64,000 nt of DNA, from NCBI GenBank assembly GCA_022813965.1, contig JALDZS010000015.1, positions 62,001-126,000 of the forward strand, given 5' to 3'. The DNA comes from Toensbergia leucococca (taxonomy: Eukaryota). Below, in pieces: positions 40,390 to 50,783 of the stretch. The position numbers and the translations under genes were made by a program. Position 1 is the first letter of the stretch; every line of letters starts with the position of its first letter. The notes beneath the pieces are model-generated. The model saw nothing but the letters and a program-made list of their open reading frames with translations, did no database searches and was not told the origin of the DNA.

Positions 40390-40603
40390 CTCTTTCTTTA
40401 AATAGCTTCTTGAATTGGACCAGAATAACGCGCTTGAAGGATTATGTTCTGACTGTTTCAGCACCCGTAGCCTCTGTCTAACGTTGCTTAGTTTACTTTG
40501 ACGACGAGGATGTTGTAGATGGTGTGTTCTCAATTGAGGCCTTGCATGCTGACAGGCATGCTTTCATTGTCATGTGATGCAACAGAGGCTTTACTCTTGC
40601 TAT
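40390..40603 (+). repeat. Diverged direct repeat, copy 1 (upstream of kinase)
   Basis: Shares collinear blocks CTCTTTCTTTAAATAGC, GTTTCAGCACCCGTA, ACGACGAGGAT, TTCTCAATTG, GCATGCTGACAGG, TCATGTGATG and TTACTCTTGCTAT with 42296-42467. Confidence 0.85.
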
Positions 40604-40754
40604 GTACTCGTATGTAATTCTGTTGCTTTCTTTATGAGACGCTGTTCAAGATTGTGAATTTTTATCATTAAATCAGTGAGAAGCCTCTATCTTAATTACA
40701 TGTCATGTACTTGAGCTATGAATACTATTACTTTCTCTCACTTCTGCATTTCCA

Positions 40755-41916
40755 ATGTTGCGATACAGTACGGCAAGGTCGGTATCCATGACCAAAACGC
40801 TCGTCGGTCAGTCAGGCCGCACCTATCTGATTCAGAAAGTCCTCAAGTCAAACGAAAATTCGAAGAAGAACATCAGCCTCGCAAGGTACCCAATCCAGTC
40901 ATTCCAGCAATCCTCATTCTTCTACTGATTGATAAGCAACACTCTAGTTCCGATGATAGAGCCTACGTGTTGAAACCAGTTTCTCCAGCCATTTTGGAGC
41001 AAATAGGGAGAATAGGCCATGATCTACAAAAGAGTCAATTTGTCCGATTGCCGGTGGATACTGTTAAGGATGAATCAACTCTTGTCTATCAATATTTCAC
41101 CAAGGACCTTATGAGCTTCATCAAGAAATATGAAATCTCTATGGATCAGACAAAACGACTTCTACTTAACGTTCTGAAAGGGCTTAAGGAACTTCACGAT
41201 CACAGTTGGGTTCACACAGGTTAGAATCAGGCATTTTAAAGCACCAGAGCACCATGCGATCACTGACATTTGCAGACATCAAATTCAATAACATTGTGAT
41301 TGACTACACAATGGACTCAGAGGACCAACCTCAAATCGAAAGGGTCAATTTAGCCGATCTTGAAAGCGCCGCCAAGCTCAAACCCGGACATTCCATCCAG
41401 GGGATCCAGGTTGGTAACGTTATGTGGCGCAGTCCTGAAGCACACGCTGGAATTCGCATCGGCAAGGCGTCTGACGTTTTCTCATTTGGAATCGTGGTCA
41501 GTAAGCCCTACGAACTTCTCGAGTGTGGATTCGAGGACCAGGCTTGACTGATCGCTATTTTGCAGTGCATCAACACCGTTCTCAGAATGAATATTTTTGG
41601 TTTCGGGAAGAAGGAAGTAGAGGAGGGAGTTTCGCCGGAGATGGTAATATTGAAGCGGATGATCTCGTACTTCGAACCGCTTCCCATGGGTCTCTTGGAA
41701 CACCTCGATTCGGACGACTGGTGCGGAGCTCTGATTATATTGCGGAGAAGCTTCAACGAAGACAATCCTCGGCTGCCATTCTCTCTTTAGAGTGAGCAAG
41801 CCTTCCCACGCCTCGAGCCCGACTTCAAGAGACTCGTCGGTAAGATGACGGATCTTGATCCAGCTAAGAGGGCGACGGTAGATGAGCTTCTAGAAGATCC
41901 TTGGTGGTACGCTTGA
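40755..41916 (+). CDS. Atypical Ser/Thr protein kinase with an internal in-frame TAG (41788-41790)
   Basis: YVLK, HT|DIKFNN, LADLESA, GNVMWRSPEAH, SDVFSFGIV and subdomain XI DPAKRATVDELLEDPWW after the TAG. Three canonical introns; alternative ATG at 40788. Confidence 0.85.
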
Positions 41917-42295
41917 GACACTTTCTCTTAGAAAAGCGTATTTACCTTCTCTGGCTCGAGTAAATGCAAGAGTCGTCATTCAACCTAACTGTGATACACG
42001 CTTTTCATTGGGCAAATACTGGATCTCTCAAGCATTGCCTTCACGTTCAACGCTACTATCTTGTGTGTAATTGCCTAATTCGTCAGTCTTTGATCAGGGT
42101 AATTCTCGTCCAGCGATTGGTCACTGACAAGAAGCCTATCTGCATAGGATCAGGTTTTGAAAATTTTTCTTTGAAGGCTCTGCTGTTCAATCCAATATGT
42201 CCAGTCAGAACGAGACCTAATGAATTTTGTCTCTAGCGCGGTGGGTGTACCTAGGTAAGTGACGCAGGGTCCGATTTCGGTAAGCCAAGATCTAA

Positions 42296-42467
42296 CTCTT
42301 TCTTTAAATAGCATTCTGAAATGGCTGACCGTTTCAGCACCCGTAAACTCTGCCTAGTCTACTTCAACGACGAGGATATTTAGGTGACTAATTCTCAATT
42401 GGGATTCGCATGCTGACAGGTATGATCTTGTTATCATGTGATGTAAGAGAGGACTTACTCTTGCTAT
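42296..42467 (+). repeat. Diverged direct repeat, copy 2 (upstream of FAD monooxygenase)
   Basis: Same blocks in the same order as 40390-40603. Confidence 0.85.
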
Positions 42468-42561
42468 TTAAGCGTTCCTATTATTCTCGCCATTGTATTT
42501 TCATTGTCATCATCAGAAAAAGCTTTATTGGCCATCCAAGTCTCTACCTCCTCTGACATTA

Positions 42562-43958
42562 ATGAAGGTAGCCATCATCGGCGGCGGCCTGGCCGTAAGT
42601 GGTGCATCCACATATCAACAAAGCCAACCCTTAAATGCCACTCAACTAATCCACCCCAACCCCCTAGGCTCCAGCCCTAGCCCTCCACCTTCATTCCCAC
42701 TCCATTTCCTGCACCATTTACGAAGCCCTCCCGTCCTCCGCCCAAGAAACGGGCACAGTGACTCTGACCCCAAATTCTCTCCGTATCCTCGACGCCCTCG
42801 ACCTCTACGCTCCTATTCGCTCCCATGGCGGTAATTTCGAAGCCGTCACCCTCGTCAATGCCGGCTGGAATCCTCTGGCAGCTGTGCTAATGGGCAGCGC
42901 GAAGCACTATGGCTACGCGTCCCTACGTATCCCGCGACAAACATTACGGCAGACCTTGTTACGCAAGGTCAAAGAAAAAGGCATTGAAATCCAATACAAG
43001 ATGAAATGCTCCTCGATCGTCGAGAACGAAGACTCTGCAAATGCAGTTACAATCACCTTCACTAACGGTCAAATTGTATCTGCCGACTTCGCCGTCGGCG
43101 CCGACGGCTTCTACTCCACAGTCCGGCGACACATCGCCCCCTCCTCTGCCCCACCAGAATATGTAGGTCTACTAAATCTAGGCGGTACCATTACCCGCGA
43201 ATCCCTCCAAATTCCAGATTCCATCTTATGCGCCCCATGCTCCGCATTCAGCCAGAACAACTTCTTCGCCCTGATGCCCCACACGCTCGACAACACGCAG
43301 CTCAGCTTCATCGCCACGTTCGCGCACGAGGACTTGGGCCGCGAAGGCTGGAACGCCCTGGCGCGCAACCCGAAAGAGCTGAAATCAATGCTGCAAGCGC
43401 AGTACTGCACTTCCCCATGGCCGGACTGGCTCCAAGAAGCCCTGAACCGCGTACCCGAAAGCGAGATAAAAAGTTGGCCGTAAGCAATCGCTCCTCTCTT
43501 CCCTTTCACCAATCCCCCAACAGCCTACCTAAAGATACCACCTCCTCCCCCCTCTAAAAACCTACCTCTCCCCTCACCTCTCCATCGCCCTCCTCGGAGA
43601 CGCCGCCCACGGTATGCCCCCAACCGGCGCCCAAGGCGCCAACCTCGCCCTCGAAGACGCCGCAACCCTAGCCCTCATCCTCGCCACCGCAGCCTCCAGC
43701 GATGATCCTCACCGCCGCCAGACTCTTCTCCTCCGAGCCTGGGATCGGCATCGGAGAGAGCGGGTCGGCAAGGTGACGGCGTATACGATGCGTGGGAGTC
43801 GGATGATCAAGCCGGCGGGGGGGCCGTGGGTGCAGGTTTTGAAGGAGTGGGTGATTTGGGCGGTGAATTGGTGGGTTGGGGTTGAGGGGGGGATGGGGTG
43901 GTTGTATGGGTATCGGGTTGGGAGTGTGTTGGAGGGGGTGATGGAGGAGGAGGGATGA
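42562..43958 (+). CDS. FAD-dependent monooxygenase (salicylate hydroxylase-like, class A)
   Basis: MKVAIIGGGLA|G, DG motif AVGADGFYSTVR and GD motif LLGDAAHGMPPTGAQGANLALEDA. Two introns. Confidence 0.9.
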
Positions 43959-44565
43959 GTGCGTGGATGGAGATGTGAGTGGCCTTGGGGAATGAGTGAT
44001 GTTTTTAGGATATCGTTTTGGCTGGGATGTTAGAGTGAGAGAGGGAGGAGGGTAGAGGGAGGAGGGATGAGAGATGCAGATAAACAAGTCTGTATCACAA
44101 AAAGTTAGGGGTCTAATCAACACCCTTTAGACAGATATAAGAATTCAGATCCTGAAATTGAAAATTAAGGTGTTTTATATACCTACCTGATATATACTAA
44201 CGGATTTATGTGCCTTTGAATTGAGGGTTGGTTCACTGAGTTGATTCTTTGCATTTCCTGATTGGGAAGGATGAGAAGTTAAGTCCTGTTGAGGAGATAG
44301 CTTGTATGGTGGTTTTTTTTTTCTTATTTGCAGTAGAGATAGGAGAGGGGGGAGGTGGGGATTCAGATTGAGGTTTGAAAAGGATTGATAAATGAGAAAT
44401 TTAGGTTGCAAGAGGGTGTGGTTGTGTCTAGGGATTGTCTAAAAGCGGGTTTGATTAAAGGAAAATGTGCCTGTTTCGTTATAAAGTATATAGCATATAC
44501 TCTTCATCTCCGTCTACCCATTCAAGTACTTGTGCATGTTAATCATAAACCTCCCCGGCTGTATC

Positions 44566-45752
44566 TTACACATTAGCCATAATGCCCGGTTGTATCGCCT
44601 CCAATTTCCCCGACAACTCCTCCCATATCTGCTTCTGAGCCTTGACACCCTCTTCGCTCAGCACCAACGGAGCGGGCCTATCACAAAAATGAAGAAATTC
44701 CATCAGCCATCATCATCAACAAAAGAAATTTCATATTTTCGATATTTTTAGAAGGAGAAAATGTCAAGGATACTCACTTGGAAACCTTGCCACAGCTTAA
44801 ATACTGGCCGTGAGTTTCCACGCCCCCGGCCGCTGCGAGAACTAATGTCCGGCTACCCTGCTCTGTCGTCCGCGCCATTAGCCATTTCGCGAATTCGAGG
44901 ATCTTGTTTTGGTCGCGGTTGAGGGAGGAGTGGCAGAGGCCTGGGTTGAGAATGTTGATGGTAACGGGAGGTTTCTTGGTTTGAGAGGTGTGGGTGGCGA
45001 GTTCACGGCAATAGAAGATTTCGAGGAGTTTGGAGACGTTGTATCTGATTCAATAATCTCATGTTACTTTTCTGATATAGAGACTTCCAAATTGGGGATG
45101 GGAGTGACATACCTGTCCCCCATTTTGGCCGATTCTTTACTGTTTAATGCTTCGAATATGTTCGGATTGCTCTTCTCGGGAAAACTGGTGAAGCCATGCA
45201 CTTCGGAGCTGACGAATGTGAGGTGGGGGATGATGTTATATTTTGTAGCGCTCTCACGGAGTTTGGGCAAGATCATGATTCCGAGTAGGAAGGTGCTGAT
45301 GACGTTGGTGGTGATGGTGGATTCGTTGCCTTCAACGGTTCTATACTCTGCCGTACAAATGCCAGCGTTCTCAACCACAGCGTCTAGTCTCCTGAGCCCT
45401 TTGGCTTTCTGGACAAATTGTTTGACAGACTCGAAACTGGAGAGGTCGAGCTGCCATACTTCGACGACGTCCTTTCTATTTGTGGATTCTTCAATGGATT
45501 TTTTGGCTGCTTCACCTTTCTCCACAGTCCGGACCGCGAGGATTACTCTCTCTGCATCGAGGCTGGTGAAATGGCGGGCTGCTTCGAGGCCGAGTCCGAC
45601 GTTCCTGCCATGAGTGTAAGATACAAATCATTTAAAAATTGGAGTAAAACTTACGAGCCTGTGACTATGATAGTCTGACCAGTGAATTTTGCTTGAGGAA
45701 CTGGAGGCAAGACGAAGATCTGCTCGTACAAAAAGGTCAGGAGAGCGGCCAT
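44566..45752 (-). CDS. Short-chain dehydrogenase/reductase (retinol dehydrogenase-like)
   Basis: IIVTGS|NVGLGLEAAR, LDLSSFESV, ENAGI, VSSEVH, R|YNVSKLLEI and ARTTEQGSRTLV. Confidence 0.9.
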
Positions 45753-46691
45753 GACGCTGTGTTTGGGATAAATGGGGAATGATAGTCTAGATAGTGTTGA
45801 TTTGTTGGGGACTGAAGAACATCAATTTAAAAGCTTAGAAGGTGAGAAATTGAGTCTTTATATCACTATATAACACTGAGATCTAGGCGATCGTGTAACG
45901 TCTCAGAAGGGCAAAGAGAAGTGGTGGAGATTTATCGCGGATATATTGACAACTAAAATCCGAGGCCGGTGCTCTTTTTCGGACTCTCCGGTCCGGTGCA
46001 AAATATTATACGTCATCATTTCCATTAGTGTCAGAGTACCGTAGTAAATAGTAGGTACGGACACGTGACGGAGTAGGAGAGCAGGAGAGGTACTCGTAGC
46101 AGTCTGGCAATGATAATATCGTCATTGGCTTTGTGGTGCAGAGAGGAGAGATGGTGGATGATAATGATAATAATAATGATAAGATGCACCAGAGGGGGTG
46201 AAAGAAATCATTGCCGGTTTTTGGTTTAATGGGAAAATAAGGCTGAACACCGGCAATGAGTTCTGTTACCCCTGGTGGTTTCAACTACGATGATTCTATC
46301 TAGTACTTGCTACCTAGTAACAGTACTCCAAGAGAGGAAGCCTAAGGTAGGGCTGACAGCTCGTAACCCGACCCTTGTGATAGTACCTGTGTCACTCTAA
46401 ACTCAGTCTTCACTACAGCTCCACTCAGCGACCTCAGCGACACTCCTTGCCCACCACCACGCCAATATAACGGTAGCCAAGTCCTACCCTCCGACAAATC
46501 CAGCGAGGCTCAGACTCGATGCGACGAGGCAACATGCGACGACAAAGCATGCCTATGCTTTGTATAAGTAGGAGTAGGAAGTAGGAGGTAAGCTACCTTA
46601 TTCTTGTTGTAGTATGACGTTTCTATCACCACGCTGCTTTGCCCTCTCAATCTCTCGTCTCCTCACTCCTCCGTCGCTCACATACTCGGAT

Positions 46692-47295
46692 ATGCGCAAT
46701 ATTCCGTTCTATCCATTTGCCTTTTTTGTCCTCATACTTTGTCTTCTCCCCACCATCATCGCCGCCACTTGCATCCATGGCGTTTGCGCAAGCGACAATG
46801 CTCCCCACACATGCCTCGCGGCGCCAACATCTCCAAATGGGAAACTCCGACGTCGTGGTCTCGAGAAGCGTGGGAATGGGCTCTGCTACTATCTGACTGG
46901 CAGCCAATTATCCAGCAGCAAGTTGATGCCTAGCAGGCCATCGTTGAAGTTCTTCCTCCCTGCCGGCACATATGCCTTGAATTGGATTCAAATCTTCAAC
47001 ACTGGACCTGTGGCTGACGCTCTTTGTAAGTTACCTTACTACCTCTGAGCTTTTTCACTTTTTGACACCCATCGTCACAACCTCCCCAGACCACAACACG
47101 CCCAGTCTCTTTGTCATTCAATTTTCTAATTCCCTAGTACGAAAGATTGGATTGAGGTATGGACAATTGTCGGCGAAACAAACCGTCAGCAACCGAACAT
47201 TCATGAACCCGGGGCAACGTTCTACAGTGATGGAATCAATGCCATTTTTCTTCTTATGCAGCAATGGGAGGACGATGTTCCAAATCAGGTTCTAG
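46692..47295 (+). CDS. Small secreted Cys-containing protein with Kex2 site; 3' end uncertain
   Basis: Hydrophobic signal peptide, several Cys, LRRRGLEKR and a GTAAGT donor at ~47026. Reading frame of exon 2 is ambiguous. Confidence 0.5.
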
Positions 47296-47519
47296 AGTGC
47301 TGGGCGAAATTAGTTAGCTAACGGGCAAGTGGCGAGTATGAAGAAAAGAAGACGGTGCGGAGCTAAGCCTAATACATCCCCGATCTAGGTAGTAATTACT
47401 CATCATCACAGTTGTGACTTGTCTATGAGGATGATTACACCATATGGTCTTCGAATACCCGACTTCATTACTGAGGTAATCGTATACTAGTATAACAAGC
47501 CAAAAGAACAGCTATTTAC

Positions 47520-47935
47520 TAATCAGCAGGTTGCGGATCGCTCGTGCATGGCACCGAATAAGTTTTCAATTACCTGGAAATAGGAAGCACTAGTCTAGCT
47601 GGATATCAATATGGCTTTTACCATTTCCCCCGTGCTTTTCTAACTTCAGTCAATCTCTTCGTCAATTGTCATTAGGCCTTCATTCAATAACCTCTGGCTC
47701 TTGATTAAAACGTTGTGTTTTGACAACCTTCTATGCTCTCCGTTCCACATACCAATTACTTCTTTACTCCATTTTCCTGTTCATTTATAGTAGTGGTATT
47801 TGAGCTATGGACTCATCTAGACTTTGCCGAATCGGTCTTCATTTGGAAGTATTCCTAATTCTCTCGGGTCAATTTGCCAGATTTTCAAGCAATTCTACAG
47901 AGCTTCCGCTATCTGATGCCATGATCACGACTCGT
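47520..47935 (-). pseudogene. Possible decayed coding sequence
   Basis: One minus frame reads protein-like (KIWQIDPRELGILPNEDRFGKV*MSP*LKYHYYK*TGKWSKEVIGMWNGEHRRL...) interrupted by TAG/TGA stops. No family recognised. Confidence 0.25.
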
Positions 47936-48320
47936 TAAAAAAAGTTGCTCTCGTCGCCATGACTAGTCTTCTCTGGGATGCGGTCAGGCAAGCGTGGATG
48001 CATGACATGGTGATCACAAATCACTTCTACTAGGTGCAGAATATTAGACCAGTCTATTAAAAACGCACTTTTCACCATTTTTCCAAAGATGAAGGTAAAA
48101 GTATTCGGGATTTTTGAAAGCGGAAATCTAACTATGGACACTCTTGTAGCGAAGGAATCAACTGGCAAAAGAAGGTAATTATTATGAAGGACTGTAACGG
48201 GGCGTGGAATCTGCAAAGAAATAGCAATAACAGGTGGAAACTCTCAACACAAGATTCAACGCGTTGAAGTAAGGACATGCATCATCTGCTATTATCATAT
48301 GATTCCCGACGCCGTTTCGA

Positions 48321-50273
48321 TTAAAGAGGACCTGGAGCCCCAGTACCGGCGTTATTCTGGGCTTGCTGATTCCAGAAGTCTCCCCTTGGATCACAAATAT
48401 TGGTCGTTTCGAGCTGTCCTGCCCCAACGTTGATCACTAACTTTGAGATCGCTGGACCGATGTCCTGATCTACAATCTGTCCATCCCTATGGGTGAAGGT
48501 TATCATCGGATCCTGCCATACATTCCAATCATCTATGCCAGCGAAAGCCTGATTTCCTCCAGCCATCCATCTTTTCCCAGGTGGAGTCTTGTGAGTTCCC
48601 AATACGTCGTTACGAGTTTCGCCCATAAAGATGCAATTTTTATTTGGTGTTATTGACGAATAGGGGCCTAAGAATGGCATCAAACCTGACAGCCTATCAT
48701 AAGATTCCCATCCGTTCTCGTTAATTGGTGGTCCTTGGCCATATGAGTCATCAATGGTCACTGGAGAGAGGCCGCCAATGAATCTTGGATACGCCGGATG
48801 CACAGGATTATGCGGATCAACGAGGGGAGTGCCTACATTACCAGCAATTTCAACATGTATATCATACGCCCGCTGACAGACAATTCCATTGGACGTCGAT
48901 ATTCTTACAGCGCTTTGAGCGCTGTAATAGCGAGGATCGATTCCGAGGGCGAGGAGATCGCGGGGGAAAAGACACGGATGAGTAGACCCCGAATCTAACA
49001 AGGATCTGAACAGTAATTTTGGTCCTGGATCATAGTAATGCCGAATTGGCTCACCCTCTGTCGACTCAGCAGCGAGGAGAATCGTATCAGGAGGAGCCTG
49101 CGGAGACCATGCCCTTGGCGGTAGCCTTGTCACCCAACCACTCCGCTTCCAAAATCCCTGGAAGTGGTCAGACGCATTTTCTGCACACAAAGGCCACTTG
49201 ATCATACCTGCTTTATAAAGAAATGTCCCATCCCGTTATTTGAATTTTCTCTTTGTATAACTTGGCAGCCTGCAGCTAAAACTTTCTCATTGGAGTTGAG
49301 CCACAAGGGACTCTCCCACCACAACCAGTGCGGTCCATGTTTCTCAGCATAACGATCGAGCCGCTCAAGACGATCCTTTGTGAATTCTCCGTACGTTGCA
49401 GCTTTGTCGACTACCTTTCCTGCCCAGACGAGGGTGAAATTTCTTGAGAATGAGATAGCACCGGATCGGTATGCTGCAATTGTACCACGTATGTTCTGTC
49501 TTTCTGGTTCGAATTGGGATGTTGCGAGAATCTTCTTCAAGTCGCTGATACGATTCAGGATGGCTTGGGCCCGTTTTGAGTCATCCCTGTGAGGATTAGG
49601 TCACCTCAAAAGCAACAACAAGATACAATGCTTACATGACGACTTTGTTGGAGGGGTCGGCTTCAAGGGACTCGCGATGTGACTTGGCCTGGTCTAATTG
49701 GTCTTGAATGTGTGGTATCGCTTCTGGAAGATTCTTTTGGTGCGTTTTGAGAATACTTTCCCACTGGCTTACGAGAAGATCAGCTCTACCTACCGCACTG
49801 TATCAATACTAATTAGCCATGTTGAAGCTTTTCCTAGTGGAGTATGATACTCCGTACCTCAAGCCTTCATCTCCCCCTTCACCAAAAGCTACATCTGGCC
49901 AGAAAAAATTATTATCCACAGTCATGGCACTAGGACCCGGTAGAGTCTCGATGTCCGGCTTGTATTCGTTCGCAGTCTTTTCAACATCTGTATAATTGAC
50001 AGGGGATAATCCTCGCGTTCCACCATTCTTTTCCATGATCGATTTGCTAGGTCTAGGCTTTTTGTTCCTACCAGTTCTCTCATCTTGTTTCTTATCCTTA
50101 GGGCCCTTTCGTTTCCTAGTGCTGGCCGGCATTGAGACGGGAGTAGACGGCAGAGGATCAATGATTCCGTGCGTTCTATGGTCGAATTTATGAACATCGA
50201 TCATTTCGACTTGACCATTGACTGTTGAAGCTTGGCCATGAGTCTTTCTAGTGTGACTGCGAGTCACAGCCAT
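48321..50273 (-). CDS. Hypothetical protein with C-terminal retropepsin-like (clan AA aspartic protease-like) domain
   Basis: Four exons reconstruct in frame; motifs FRSLLDSGST, ISTSNG and RLSGLMPFL. Confidence 0.7.
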
Positions 50274-50783
50274 CTTGACATCAACGAGAGTATTCCTTTC
50301 CAGATGGCCTCAGTACTTAAATTGAGCATAAAGTCCTTGCGCAGGCGGTTGAGGGAGACTGTCAAACACGCCAAAGAGTCCGAGTAATGCCACGATCATA
50401 CATAGAAAACAATCTTAAGCTTATTTCTATAGTTTCCATATTGTCATTTCAGAGAGGCAAATGCGACAAGGCTGAAGCCGTTGTCGAAGATGGATTTCCC
50501 ATTCCGGCATATCGAACATGGTCTCATCATCCAAACCCGAGCACAAGTCTTAGTCTGCACTTGGGTAACATGTGTTTTCCATTATACTCGACTCTGCAAA
50601 CAGAAAATCGATCTTTCTCTTTGTTCATTTTAGTCTCCGATATCATCGCATTCGGTGGTGGATATCTGATTCTTTACCGAATGATTTCACCTTGATTTGT
50701 TTTCTAGATTGTTCCGTCAATGCAAGAAGAATGATATTTTCCTCTCTAGTCATCTTATCAGGCGAAGTATCAGGTGAAGCATC

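Noticed and set aside
41721..41790. Kinase TAG acting as an intron acceptor
   Set aside because: The only nearby donor-like site (GTGCGG at ~41721) would create TGA on splicing and delete conserved-looking kinase sequence.
40755..45752. Secondary metabolite cluster (monooxygenase + SDR)
   Set aside because: No PKS, NRPS or terpene synthase backbone gene, transporter or cluster transcription factor is in the window.
49690..49770. Second apparent in-frame TAG in the retropepsin-like gene
   Set aside because: It disappears when the proper acceptor (GCTAAT..GATACAG) is used; the gene is intact.
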